From an uncultured Candidatus Binatia bacterium (GTDB lineage: Bacteria > Desulfobacterota > Binatia > Bin18), in assembly GCA_965200965.1 (NCBI GenBank), contig OZ241744.1:1216001-1280000 (forward strand): DNA of 64,000 bases. The letters run 5' to 3'. Position 1 is the stretch's first letter. Each line of letters opens with the position of its first letter. Below, one piece after another: positions 1 to 12,496 of this stretch. A program made the translations under genes and the position numbers. The notes under the pieces are model-generated. The model worked only from the letters and a program-made list of their open reading frames with translations. It did not search any database and was not told the DNA's origin.

Positions 1-100
1 CCGCGGCCGACACCTACGCCCGGCTCAACCAGTGCCGCGCCTTAATCGGCTTGGTGGTGTGGGATGAACGGTGGTATTGGTGTGCTTCGCAAGTGAGGCA

Positions 101-1561
101 TCAGGCCGAGGCGGTAATGACAGGGCTGGCTGGGGGAGGGCTGAGCCCGTCCAGGACGCTTTGGGCCGCGGCTTCGCCGCTGCGCACACAGTCGGCGATG
201 CCAACCCCGCGATAGGCGTTGCCGGCCAGGGCCAAGCCGGGATGAACCGCCAGCCGGCGTTCAATTGCTGCCATCCGCTCAAGGTGGCCGACCAGATACT
301 GCGGCATGGAGCTCGGATAGCGGGCAATCAGGCTCAGCAGCGGGGCGGCCTTGACCCCCAGCAGAGCGGCAAACTCCTGGCGGACGACGCGCTCCATCTC
401 GTCATCGTCCAACTCAAACAACTCGGCCTGCGAGGCCCCGCCAACAAAGGCGCGCAGCAACACTTGGCCGTCCGGGGCACGGCCGGGATATTTTACACTG
501 GAAAACGTGCCGGCAATGATTGAGCGCTTCTCGATATGCGGCACAACAAAGCCAAAGCCGTTCAGGGCATGCGGAATATCGCCGCGGCGATAGGCCAAGC
601 TGACGGTGGCCGCGGAGCTGTAGGCAATGGCCGCTAGGCGGTCGGCCAAGTTGGCGTCACAGGCGCGCAGCATCCGCGCCGTTTGAAAAGCCGGCGCGGC
701 CAGGATGACGCCATCGGCCCGCAAAGAGGAACCGTCCTGGCACTCGATGTGCCAGGTCTGCTCTCCGGGCTGAACCGCGCGGACCGGGCTGCGGAGCCGA
801 ATTGTACCCACTGACAGACGCCCGACCAGGGTCTTGACCATCTGCTGCATACCGCCTCGCAGGGTGACAAACAGACTCCAACGCGCTCCGCTGGCATCTT
901 TGGTGTCGTGGGGTCTGGTGCGCCCGGCCCGCCACAGGGCGTAGATCAGGCTGCGCCGCTCCCGCTCCATCTGAAGAAAGCGCGGCATGGTGGCCGCCAG
1001 GCTCAGTTCGTCGGGGTCGGCCGTGTATATCCCGCCGATCAGGGGTTGGGCGACCCGCTCCAGGACTTCCCGACCGAGACGCCGGCGCACAAAAGAACTC
1101 AGGCTCTCGTCGTCTCGCTGTTGTCCGCGCGGCAGGACCAGATCGAGTCCCATACGCAGCTTTCCCGGCCAGGAAAAAACGCGGGAGCGGGCCAGCGCTT
1201 TCAGCCGGGTCGGGGCCAGCAGCATGAAGCCTTCGGGCAGAGGCTCCAGCCGGCCCCGGCGTACCACAAAGGTAGTCCGGAATTGGTCCTGGGTGCCGAT
1301 CAACTCATTCTCCAGCCCTAGGCGGTGGCACAGGCCCAAGGCCCAGGGTTTTTCCGAGATAAACGAGTCAGGCCCGTATTCCAGCACAAAACCGTCCCGC
1401 CGTTCTGTTCCAATCGCTCCGCCCAAACGGTCGCTGGCTTCAAGCAGGGTAAAGCGTAGCCGGCCTTGGCGCTCTTTGTGCAGTTCCTCAAGACGGTGGG
1501 CCGCGGCCAGCCCGGCGATGCCCCCACCGATGATCGCGATGTGGGCTGGAGAGGACGCCAC
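101..1561 (-). CDS. hemY: Protoporphyrinogen/coproporphyrinogen oxidase (HemY/CgoX)
   Basis: FAD motif GGGIAGL, LEASDRLGG, GPDSF, GFGFVVP, MPQY and GVGIADCV; follows hemE-hemH. Confidence 0.93.
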   Translation of the reverse strand: MASSPAHIAIIGGGIAGLAAAHRLEELHKERQGRLRFTLLEASDRLGGAIGTERRDGFVLEYGPDSFISEKPWALGLCHRLGLENELIGTQDQFRTTFVVRRGRLEPLPEGFMLLAPTRLKALARSRVFSWPGKLRMGLDLVLPRGQQRDDESLSSFVRRRLGREVLERVAQPLIGGIYTADPDELSLAATMPRFLQMERERRSLIYALWRAGRTRPHDTKDASGARWSLFVTLRGGMQQMVKTLVGRLSVGTIRLRSPVRAVQPGEQTWHIECQDGSSLRADGVILAAPAFQTARMLRACDANLADRLAAIAYSSAATVSLAYRRGDIPHALNGFGFVVPHIEKRSIIAGTFSSVKYPGRAPDGQVLLRAFVGGASQAELFELDDDEMERVVRQEFAALLGVKAAPLLSLIARYPSSMPQYLVGHLERMAAIERRLAVHPGLALAGNAYRGVGIADCVRSGEAAAQSVLDGLSPPPASPVITASA

Positions 1562-1563
1562 GT

Positions 1564-2490
1564 TTATGCCCTTTCAATCTCCCGCCGCACGACCGCGGCC
1601 AGTGTCTGTATGAAGGCAGGATGATCGTTGACTGTGCCGGCCCGCCACATGGTGAGGCCCAGCCGTTCGGCGAGCTGCCTCGCCTCGGTATCCAGGTCGT
1701 ACAGGACTTCCATATGATCGCACACAAAGCCGATTGGGCAGACCACAAGGTCACGCGCTCCTTGGGCCGCAAGCTGCCGCAACACCGCCCCGATGTCCGG
1801 CTCCAGCCACGGCGTGCGGGGGTCGCCGCTGCGACTCTGGTAAGCAGCCCGCCAGACCGGGTGTCCCAGCCTGGCGGCAACCCGGCGGGCACCCTCTTCA
1901 ACCTGGGCCACATACTGGTCAACGCCCGGCATGGCGCACGGCAGGCTGTGAGCGGTAAACACGAGCGGGGTGCGGGTCCGCTTGTCCTGACTGAGGGCGG
2001 CGAAGGCCTGCCCGGCTAAGTCGCTGACCGCGTCGATAAACAGCGGATGATTGTGCCAGCCGGGAACATAGTCCACGCGGGGGGCTTGACCGCCGAGTTG
2101 TTCCTGGGCCGCGGCAACATTGTGTTTGTAGCGCTGCCAGCCGGCCTCGCTCTGCTGGGCGGACATAATCACACCCAGAGCGCGCCTTACCCCATCAGCC
2201 GCCATGCAGGCCAGGGTTTCGTGCAGATACGGATGCCAGTTACGCATGCCGACATACACCGGGAGGTCAAGTCCCTCGCCGGCCAGAGCGGCGTGCAGGG
2301 CGCTGGCTTGGCGCAGGGTAATGGCCTTGAGCGGCGAGTGGCCGTTGAACATGGCGTAGTGGCGGACGACCGTTTCGAGCTGCTGGGGTGGGACGGGTCG
2401 TCCACGCAGCACATTGGCCAGAAAGGGGCGCACCTCATCCATCTTTTCCGGGCCGCCAAAGGCAATGAGCAGGATCGCGTCACAAGGCAT
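1564..2490 (-). CDS. hemH: Ferrochelatase (likely coproporphyrin ferrochelatase type)
   Basis: FGGPE, GMRNWHP, FTAHSLP, YQSRSG..PWLEPD, PIGFVCDHMEVLYDLD. Confidence 0.95.
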   Translation of the reverse strand: MPCDAILLIAFGGPEKMDEVRPFLANVLRGRPVPPQQLETVVRHYAMFNGHSPLKAITLRQASALHAALAGEGLDLPVYVGMRNWHPYLHETLACMAADGVRRALGVIMSAQQSEAGWQRYKHNVAAAQEQLGGQAPRVDYVPGWHNHPLFIDAVSDLAGQAFAALSQDKRTRTPLVFTAHSLPCAMPGVDQYVAQVEEGARRVAARLGHPVWRAAYQSRSGDPRTPWLEPDIGAVLRQLAAQGARDLVVCPIGFVCDHMEVLYDLDTEARQLAERLGLTMWRAGTVNDHPAFIQTLAAVVRREIERA

Positions 2491-2520
2491 AGTGTGAAGA
2501 GGAGTCTCTTCTCCAGAGCT

Positions 2521-3549
2521 TCATCTGGCCGACATTTCATGCACCAGCTCAACCAGGGCAAGCACCTGCTCAACCGGCGTGTGGGGCAGAATACCGTGGC
2601 CGAGGTTAAAGACATGGCCCGGCCGGCCGGCCGTCGCGTTCAGCACTCGGGCGGTCCGCCCGCGCAGCATATCAAGCGGGGCAAACAGGCTGACCGGATC
2701 GAGATTGCCCTGCACCGCTCGGTCAAAGCCGACCCGGGACCAGACGATGTCCAGGTCAACTCGCCAGTCCACCCCAATCACATCGCCGCCGGCCTCTGCC
2801 AGCAACTCAAGCAGGCTGGCCGTGTTGGTGCCAAAATGAATCACCGGCACGCCTGGGGTGAGACCGCGTATGAGCTCCTGCATATGGGGCAGGATGAAGC
2901 TGCGATAGTCGTCGGGCGACAAACAGCCGACCCACGAGTCAAACAGTTGAACGGCCTGCGCCCCAGCCGCGATCTGTCCGTTCAGATAGTCGCTTGTCAC
3001 CCGGACAAGGTAGGCCATCAGCGCCCGCCAGGCTCCGGGGTCGGCGTACATCAGGCGCTTGGTCTCAATGTAATGGCGCGACCCGCCGCCCTCAATCAGA
3101 TACGACGCAACGGTAAAAGGAGCGCCCGCAAATCCGATCAGGGCAATATCCCGGGGTAAGGCCGCCCGCACCTTGCGCACCGCCTCATACACAAAACCGA
3201 GGGCCTGTGAGGCCGGCCTGTCTTGCACACGATCAATATCCCGGCCCGAACGCAGTGGCCGGTGAATGAGCGGCCCATCGCCCTGGGCAAACTCTAGGCC
3301 GACCCCCATCGGCTCCACAATCAGCAGAATATCGGCAAAGATAATGGCCGCATCAACGCCCAGCCGTTCGACCGCCTCAACCGTCACCTGGGCGGCCAAC
3401 TCCGGTGTCCTGCACAGTTCCAGAAACGACACCTTGTCGCGCACCGCCCGGTACTCGGGCATGTAGCGTCCGGCTTGGCGCATCAGCCACACCGGCGTGT
3501 AAGGGGTTGGCCGACGGTGGCAGGCCTGGAGAAAAACCGGCTCTTTCAT
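2521..3549 (-). CDS. hemE: Uroporphyrinogen decarboxylase
   Basis: PVWLMRQAGRYMPEY, GFAGAPFT, QGNLDP, FNLGHGI; start placed at MKEPVF. Confidence 0.97.
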   Translation of the reverse strand: MKEPVFLQACHRRPTPYTPVWLMRQAGRYMPEYRAVRDKVSFLELCRTPELAAQVTVEAVERLGVDAAIIFADILLIVEPMGVGLEFAQGDGPLIHRPLRSGRDIDRVQDRPASQALGFVYEAVRKVRAALPRDIALIGFAGAPFTVASYLIEGGGSRHYIETKRLMYADPGAWRALMAYLVRVTSDYLNGQIAAGAQAVQLFDSWVGCLSPDDYRSFILPHMQELIRGLTPGVPVIHFGTNTASLLELLAEAGGDVIGVDWRVDLDIVWSRVGFDRAVQGNLDPVSLFAPLDMLRGRTARVLNATAGRPGHVFNLGHGILPHTPVEQVLALVELVHEMSAR

Positions 3550-3596
3550 TGCGCGGCATCGTAGCATAGGATGCTGATGAAAACAGGAGGCGACCT

Positions 3597-4466
3597 ATGT
3601 CCGAACTTTTGACCCACCACACCGCAACGATCAATGGCTTTCGCATGCACTACGTCACGGCCGGCTCCGGCTATCCGCTGGTCTTTGTCCACGGGTGGCC
3701 GCAGAGCTGGTATGAGTGGCGGAAAATCATCCCGGCCCTGGCTGAGCGGTTTACGATTATTGCCCCGGACCTGCGTGGGTTGGGAGATTCCGGCCGGCCC
3801 CTGACCGGCTATGACAAACGGACCCTGGCCTCTGATGTCCACGCCCTGGTCCGGTCGCTGGACCACGACAAGATCGGCCTGACCGGCCACGACTGGGGCG
3901 GCGCGGTGGCCTACTATCTGGCCTACGACCATCCCGAGATGGTTGAGCGGCTGATGATTCTGGATATGGTGCCGGGTCTGGGCCGCACCGGCGATAGCAT
4001 GGACCTCCAGACCGCACGGCGCTTCTGGCATGTGTTTTTTCACGCCGGCATCCCCGACTTGGCCGAGCGACTGGTCAGTAGCAATGTCCGGGCCTATCTG
4101 AGCCATTTTTACACCTCGCCGGCTTACAACTACCGCCCGACGGTCTTCAGCAAAGAAGACATTGACGAGTATGTCCGGATCTACTCGGCCCCCGGAGCCT
4201 TGCGGGCCGGCTTTCAGTATTACGCCACCGGCTTGAACGAGGACCTGGACAACCTGAAAAGCTGTACCGGGAAACTCAAGATGCCGGTACTGGCCTGGGG
4301 CGGGGAGCGCTTTATGGCCAACATCGTATCCATCTGGCAGGGTGTGGCCGAGAATGTGCAGGGCGGCTCGGTTGCCGAATGCGGTCACTTTATCGCCGAA
4401 GAGCAGCCCGAGTTTGTAATTGAGCAGGCTCTGGAATTTTTTGAACCCCTCCGGAGCAAAGCCTGA
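3597..4466 (+). CDS. Alpha/beta hydrolase, epoxide hydrolase-like
   Basis: HGWP oxyanion motif, GHDWGG nucleophile Asp, C-terminal GHF; AGGAGG RBS. Confidence 0.88.
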   Translation: MSELLTHHTATINGFRMHYVTAGSGYPLVFVHGWPQSWYEWRKIIPALAERFTIIAPDLRGLGDSGRPLTGYDKRTLASDVHALVRSLDHDKIGLTGHDWGGAVAYYLAYDHPEMVERLMILDMVPGLGRTGDSMDLQTARRFWHVFFHAGIPDLAERLVSSNVRAYLSHFYTSPAYNYRPTVFSKEDIDEYVRIYSAPGALRAGFQYYATGLNEDLDNLKSCTGKLKMPVLAWGGERFMANIVSIWQGVAENVQGGSVAECGHFIAEEQPEFVIEQALEFFEPLRSKA

Positions 4467-4599
4467 CCGCTCCTCTCCTCCCTCGCCCGAACGGCCCTGG
4501 GTCCCCTTGACCAAGCGGGGTTTTCCGGCGGAAGAATCAGGGGAAATATAGACCCTTCGTTGAGTTTTCGCCTATAATTCGCCGTGTGGAGGAGGATGT

Positions 4600-6931
4600 A
4601 TGGAACAGGCGGCAGAGCGGATTATCCCGGCAGACTTGGGCCAACAGGCCGAAGAACGCTATCTGAACTACGCGCTGAGCGTGATTACCTCACGCGCCCT
4701 GCCCGATGCACGCGATGGGCTGAAACCGGTTCAGCGGCGGCTGCTGTACGCCATGTTCCAGAACCTGCGCTTGGGAGGAAACGCCCGACCGCGGAAATCG
4801 GCCGCGGTGGTCGGCGAGGTGCTCGGCAAATATCACCCCCACGGCGACCAAGCCGCCTATGACGCTATGGTCCGCCTGGCCCAGCCCTTCTCAATGCGCT
4901 ATCCGCTGGTGCATGGCGAGGGCAATTTTGGCTCGCTGGACGGCGATAACGCCGCGGCCATGCGCTATACCGAGGCCAAGCTGGACCCGTTGGCCGAAGA
5001 GTTGTTTCGGGACCTGCGGGGCCAGACGATCCCCTACCGGCCAAACTACGACGCTACGGTTGATGAGCCGGTCGTGCTGCCCTCCGCCATCCCCCAACTG
5101 CTGCTGAACGGGGCTAGCGGTATCGCCGTCGGCATGGCCACCACTATCCCGCCGCATAATTTTCATGAGGTCGTCAAAGCCCTGCTGGCCCTGCTGGCCG
5201 ACCCGGACATCAGTACCGCCGGCCTGCTGCGCTCGATCAAAGGCCCGGACTTCCCGACCGGAGGAGAAATTCTGACCTCGAAAAACGACTTGCGCCAACT
5301 CTACGAAACCGGCCAGGGTACGCTCAAGCTGCGGGGCGAGTGGCAGGTGGAAGCGCTGCCGCGCGGCAAGCGCCAAGTTGTGATTACCTCCCTGCCCTAC
5401 ACCGTCAACAAAGCCCAGTTGGTTGAAAAGATCGCCGAACTGGTGATCGAGCGCAAGGTCCCCCAGATTCTCGATGTGCGGGACGAGTCAACCGACGATA
5501 TTCGGATTGTGCTGGAACTCAAGGGCGACAACTCTGAAGAGCTAGCCCTGGCCTATCTGTGTCGCCATACGCCGCTCCAGATCTCGTACCCGGTCAACCT
5601 GACCTGCCTGGTCCCAACCGCCAACCCCGCGGTCGGCCAGCCGCTCAGGGCCACACTCAAAGCCCTGTGTCGGCATTTTCTGGACTTTCGGCTTGAGGTC
5701 GTCACCAAACGCTTTGCCCATGAGCTGGCCGAGTTGGAGACCCGTTTGCACATCCTGGCCGGCTTAGCCCTGATTGCCGACCGGCTGGATACGGTGATTC
5801 ACACCATTCGGACCGCGCAGTCACGCCAGGACGCCGGCCGCAAACTCATGGCCGGCTTTGGGCTTGACGAAGCGCAGGCAGAGGCGATTCTCGAAATCCG
5901 CCTGTATCAACTGGCGCGGCTGGAAATTGACAAGATCCAGACCGAGCAAGCCGACAAAGAAAAACGGGTCACCGAGTTGCGCGGCCTGCTCGCCGACGAA
6001 ACCAAACGCTGGGCGGTGATTGGGAACGAGCTGCGCGAGTTGAGCAAACGCTACGGCGATAAACGGCGGAGTGCGCTGCGGGCCGGCGAAGAACTCAGCT
6101 ATGATCCCGAAGCCTATATCGTCCACGAGGAGACCACAGTCGTCCTCAGCCGTGACGGCTGGCTCAAACGCGTGCGCGAACTCAAGGACCCGAGCAGCAC
6201 CCGTCTGCGCGAGGGCGATGGTATTCAGATGATTTTGACCGGCACAACCCGCGACCGGCTGGCTTTTTTCACCAATAAGGGCGGCCTGTATGTCCTCAAA
6301 ATTCATGACGTACCAGCCTCGACCGGCTATGGTGAACCGATCCAGACTGTGTTTCATTTTCAGGACCGGGAAAAAATTGTCACCACATATCTGGTTAGCG
6401 ATGAGCCGGCCCCGACCAGCAAGGGATCGCCGTCCGCAAACGGCCAGCCCGAGCCGTCTGAGACCATGCCCCAAGGCGGCCCTGAGCCCGGCCCACCCTA
6501 TCTGCTGGCCACGGCCCGGGGTCTGGGCTTTCGCTTTCGTCCCAATCTTGAAGAGACCACGCGGAACGGCCGGAAAATCGCTCGCCTCACGGACGGGGAC
6601 GAGGTCGTCTCCGTCACCCCGGCCCGTCACGCCCGGGCCGTGTGCGCCACCCGGGCCGGGCATCTGCTGGCCTTCCCGGTCGAAGATGTCTCAGAGCTGT
6701 CCGGGGCCGGTCGGGGGGTGCTCCTCATGCGGCTGGATAAGGCCGACCGTTGTATCGGCGCAGTCACCACACCACCGGGTGCCGGGGTGACGGTGTTGGG
6801 TTCCGACGGCCGGCGGCGACAGCTCCGCTCAAAAGATATTCCGCTCGGTCAACGGGCGGGCAAAGGGCAGCGCGTGGTCAAACGCATGGCGCTGGCCAGT
6901 GTGGGGGGGGGGGTGGATGAGGAGGAAGGCT

Positions 6932-6948
<17 letters not shown>
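4600..6948 (+). CDS. parC: Type IIA topoisomerase subunit A (ParC/GyrA family, topo IV-like)
   Basis: [22 protein letters not shown], catalytic [16 protein letters not shown]; no GyrA box in the first C-terminal blade. Confidence 0.85.
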
Positions 6949-8854
<1,906 letters not shown>

Positions 8855-8855
8855 T

Positions 8856-9320
8856 ATGGCCAAACGTCACCCCAGCCTCATTCCGCTGTCGCGTGAGCAT
8901 CACGCCGCCCTGCTGCTCGCCTTTCGTCTGCTTCAGGGCTTGCCGCCCACCCGGCAGCCAGATAGCCCGCAAGCCCAAGCTCAGGACACCATCCGCTTTT
9001 TCCATACCAGGCTGACCACCCACTTTCAGGCCGAAGAGGAGACCCTGTTTCCGCTCATCCGTAGGACGCTGCCCCCCACCATGTCCCTGCTTGACAGGCT
9101 GCTCGCCGAACATGCGGAAATGCGCCACTCCGTCCAAGCACTTGAGCAGGCCGACCGGCCCAGCCTCCCCGCTCGGCTCAAGGCGTTTGGCCAGATCCTT
9201 CGACGCCATGTCCGCAGCGAAGAACGCGACCTGTTTCCCATGTGTGAGGCCAATCTGGCCGAAGACGACGCGGCCCAACTGAAAGCCGCCATTGTGCGCT
9301 TCCTTGGTGAAGGGCGCTGA
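8856..9320 (+). CDS. Hemerythrin-like (HHE) domain protein
   Basis: LSREHH, HFQAEE, EH and HVRSEE metal-ligand pattern. Confidence 0.82.
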   Translation: MAKRHPSLIPLSREHHAALLLAFRLLQGLPPTRQPDSPQAQAQDTIRFFHTRLTTHFQAEEETLFPLIRRTLPPTMSLLDRLLAEHAEMRHSVQALEQADRPSLPARLKAFGQILRRHVRSEERDLFPMCEANLAEDDAAQLKAAIVRFLGEGR

Positions 9321-9427
9321 GGCGCGGCCGTCTTTTTTCTGCACCCGGCCCCGTTGCATGATTGGCACGAAATTCGTAAATTGGCCGTGTCAACACATGA
9401 GCAACATCCGCATGAAGGAGGACGGCT

Positions 9428-9823
9428 ATGCAACTTTTGCACACCATGATCCGGGTCAACAACATGGACGAGTCGATCAGGTTCTACACCGAATCCCTCG
9501 GCATGAAACTGCTGCGCAAACAGGACTACCCAGGCGGAAAGTTCACCCTGGCCTTTGTGGGCTATGGCGATGAAAAAGACAACGCGGTCATCGAGTTAAC
9601 CCACAACTGGGACACCTCGAGTTATGATCAGGGCAACGCCTTTGGGCATCTGGCCATCGGCGTTGATGGCATTTATGAGAAGTGCGCAGCACTCAAGGAA
9701 CAAGGCGTCAAAGTCGTCCGCGAAGCCGGCCCGATGATGCACGGCGGTGCGGTCATTGCCTTTGTGGAAGACCCCAACGGCTACAAAATTGAACTCATCG
9801 AACGCAGCGGTCCACGCGGCTAA
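9428..9823 (+). CDS. gloA: Lactoylglutathione lyase (glyoxalase I)
   Basis: LLHTMIRV, FTLAFVGYG, IELTHNW, GHLAIGV, EDPNGYKIELI. Confidence 0.93.
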   Translation: MQLLHTMIRVNNMDESIRFYTESLGMKLLRKQDYPGGKFTLAFVGYGDEKDNAVIELTHNWDTSSYDQGNAFGHLAIGVDGIYEKCAALKEQGVKVVREAGPMMHGGAVIAFVEDPNGYKIELIERSGPRG

Positions 9824-9852
9824 GCCCAATCCCCCATTTTTAAGGAGTGTCT

Positions 9853-10248
9853 ATGCCACTGCATCCAGCCAAAGATTCGGTTGACCTCGGTATCGTTGTC
9901 AGCGACATCAACAAGAGCCTGGACTTTTACCAGGGCCTGCTCGGCTTGGAAAAGAGTGAAGAGTTGCCCACCCCATTCGGTACCCTGCATCGGCTCCACT
10001 TCGGCAACAGCGACATCAAGCTTATTGACCCCAAGGCCGTTCCGCCGGCCGGGACCATCGGCTTAGAGCAACAGCTCGGGTTTCGCTACATCACCTTTGT
10101 GATCAAGGACATCAGCACCATGTGTAGCGAGTTGAAAGACAAGGGGGTGGAGTTCACCATTCCCGAAACCGAGTTTCGGCCCGGGGTCCGCGTCGCCATG
10201 CTCAAAGACCCCGACGGCAATATCGTTGAGTTGGTGCAGCGCGGCTGA
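9853..10248 (+). CDS. VOC family protein
   Basis: SLDFYQGLLG and DPDGNIVELV. Confidence 0.85.
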   Translation: MPLHPAKDSVDLGIVVSDINKSLDFYQGLLGLEKSEELPTPFGTLHRLHFGNSDIKLIDPKAVPPAGTIGLEQQLGFRYITFVIKDISTMCSELKDKGVEFTIPETEFRPGVRVAMLKDPDGNIVELVQRG

Positions 10249-10280
10249 CCCGCCGCCCCGACCGATGGCTCCGGCACGAA

Positions 10281-10700
10281 TCACCACGACAACTCCTTCC
10301 TGTGTATACTCAGCAGGACGGCAGAGCCGAGCGACACCCCGACCGCGACCAGGGAGTACAGCACCCCAAACAGGACGTCCCCGCCGTCCGGCCGCGGGTT
10401 CTGCTCCAGTTCTTTGCTCCAGAACAGGAACAGGTTCAGGACGACATACAGGGCGTAGGCGTGCGCCATGCCGACGACAAAGCGCTTCCTGTACCAGAGG
10501 CCCAAGCCATACACCACCAGATAAGCACCAAAGACGAGACTCCATATCACATTCTCGCTGCCCGCCAGCCGGGTCCCGAACAACACAAAGCCGCTCTGCT
10601 CAGAGAACTGAAAAGGCTTGGAAAAATTTGAAATTGCCAGTAACCAGAAACCAATCGCCAGCCCGGCAAAAATTCGATCGCGCTGTGACCCAGCCATCAT
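10281..10700 (-). CDS. Hypothetical four-helix membrane protein
   Basis: Four hydrophobic segments; start MMAGSQ preceded by AAGGGGG. Confidence 0.7.
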   Translation of the reverse strand: MMAGSQRDRIFAGLAIGFWLLAISNFSKPFQFSEQSGFVLFGTRLAGSENVIWSLVFGAYLVVYGLGLWYRKRFVVGMAHAYALYVVLNLFLFWSKELEQNPRPDGGDVLFGVLYSLVAVGVSLGSAVLLSIHRKELSW

Positions 10701-10878
10701 CGCCCCCCTTGGTTGGCCGCCTCTCGTCCAGATTTGGTCAGAGTGGGCACGATAATAGCACGACCGTGGGCGGCTCACCAGGCATGACATCCCCCGGCTC
10801 GCCTCACCCGGCGTCCGGGCCACTCTGCCTTGCAGCGCCCCGGGCCAGATGGCAGCATAGAGCGGCAAGGAGGCTCTG

Positions 10879-11286
10879 GTGGCTCTGCAACTGACCGCCC
10901 CCGACTATGTGATCCTGATCGTTGATGACCTTGAGCGCACGCTCAGCTTCTACACCCAGGTGTTGGGCTTGCGCCTAGGCCACCGCTCGGGCGCGTATGC
11001 CCAACTGGACACGGGCACGACCCGGCTCGGCTTTTATACCCGGCCGGCGATGGCTCAGGCGCTGGGTTCTGGCCTGACCAAGCCGGCTGCGGATGCCGCC
11101 GGATTTGAGCTCGGTTTCAAGGTCGCGGATGTTGACGCCGCCTATGCGGAACTGACCGAAAAAGGTGCCGCGGCAGCTACGCCGCCGACAACTCGTCCGT
11201 GGGGCCAGCGCACGGCCTATGTGCGGGACCCCGACGGCCACCTGCTCGAGCTGGCGCAGGACCTCAAGCCACGCGCCACCAACTAG
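10879..11286 (+). CDS. VOC family protein
   Basis: FYTQVLGL and PWGQRTAYVRDPDGHLLEL; AGGAGG RBS, GTG start. Confidence 0.87.
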   Translation: MALQLTAPDYVILIVDDLERTLSFYTQVLGLRLGHRSGAYAQLDTGTTRLGFYTRPAMAQALGSGLTKPAADAAGFELGFKVADVDAAYAELTEKGAAAATPPTTRPWGQRTAYVRDPDGHLLELAQDLKPRATN

Positions 11287-11675
11287 GGCTGCGGCCCGTA
11301 GCGCTGCTCAATAAAATCGTAAATCTGGTCCGGGGGAGTGCCCATCATAAACAGAGAGTGCGCGTCCAGCGCCTCGCTCACACAGTGCGGTCAACCGGCC
11401 GCATGGTCGTCACGAAAGCAGTCCAAAAGATTGCGGTGGCCTTGGGACGTGTCGCAGCCACAGTGACAGTTGAGTTCGGCCAGGACCTCGGGCAGGTCTG
11501 CCGCGACTTGGTAGGCTTGACGGAGCTTGCCGGTGAAGAGGTCTGGGGGCAGCGTCGCCGGTGAGGCTGGGGAGCCCAGCTTGGCCGGTGGGGATTCGGC
11601 TGGTGAGGATTCGGCCCAACTCAGAGCGCTCGGGCTCAGGGTGACGAGGCAAGCCAGAATCAGGTGTTTCCGCAT
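11283..11675 (-). CDS. Secreted PCYCGC-motif family protein, probable selenoprotein (Sec at TGA 11393-11391)
   Basis: Signal peptide, then CHCGC..GH..LLDCF..DHAAG-TGA-PHCVSEALDAHSLFMMGTPPDQIYDFIEQRYGPQP-TAG. Readthrough gives UxxC and completes the family C-terminus. AGGAG RBS. Confidence 0.82.
11358..11390 (-). promoter_or_regulatory. Candidate bacterial SECIS element
   Basis: Directly after the UGA: lower stem GUGUG/CGCAC, upper stem AGCG/CGCU, G-containing loop starting 17 nt downstream. Confidence 0.6.
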
Positions 11676-11773
11676 ACGGGTTCTCCTGAACAGGGAAAGG
11701 TGAAACACAGAAGTAGGCTCACATTTACACCCCAGGCTAGCATACGCGCACGGCCTTGCCTCCCCCATCCGGC

Positions 11774-12496
11774 TCACAAGATGCCCACATTCATCGGGCG
11801 GCGCTGGGTGAAACTGTACAGGCCAGCCGGCCGATGGGCACCGTGGCGGGTTTTGGGCAGGGGTTTGAGCAGCCCCGAGGCCAGAATCTTCCGCCGGAAA
11901 TTTCGCCGGTCCAAGGGGTGGTTCAGGATCACCTCGTAGATCGCCTGGATTTCGCGCAGGGTGAACTCCCCGGGCAGCAGGCTGTAGACGATATTCGTAT
12001 AGCCCAGCTTGGCCTGGAGGCGTTTGAGGGCGTAGGCGGCAATCACGCTGTGGTCATAGGCCAAGCGCGGCAGGTCGTGGACCGGAAACCAGTCAATACC
12101 GGCGTACTTGTCACCCCGTTTCAATCCGCGGTCAACAGAGGGTACCAGGGCAAAGTAGGCCACCGCCACGGTGTGCCAAGTTGGGTCCCGGCGGGCATCG
12201 CCAAAAGTAAAGAGCTGCTCAAGATACAGGTCTCGAACCCCGGTCTTCTCGTACAACTCACGGTAGGCTGCCTCGCCCAACGACTCGCCGAGTTCGACCA
12301 AGCCGCCGGGAAAGGCCCAGCGACCGACAAACAGGCCGGTTTTGATATTGACCAGCAGGGTTTGCAACCGGCCGTCGGTGATAGTGAACAGGACGGCATC
12401 AACCGCTACCCGGGGGGAGTGGGACGCGGTCGGGTCCGCTGGCGTTCGCGCGACACCCGGCCCGGCAACATCAACAAGAGAATGTAGCTTAGGCAC
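11774..12496 (-). CDS. nrtR: NrtR family regulator (Nudix plus winged HTH)
   Basis: Degenerate Nudix box RELYEKTG, LEQLFTF, RDP, LAYDH, wHTH DRRNFRRK; adjacent to nadA. Confidence 0.9.
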   Translation of the reverse strand: MPKLHSLVDVAGPGVARTPADPTASHSPRVAVDAVLFTITDGRLQTLLVNIKTGLFVGRWAFPGGLVELGESLGEAAYRELYEKTGVRDLYLEQLFTFGDARRDPTWHTVAVAYFALVPSVDRGLKRGDKYAGIDWFPVHDLPRLAYDHSVIAAYALKRLQAKLGYTNIVYSLLPGEFTLREIQAIYEVILNHPLDRRNFRRKILASGLLKPLPKTRHGAHRPAGLYSFTQRRPMNVGIL

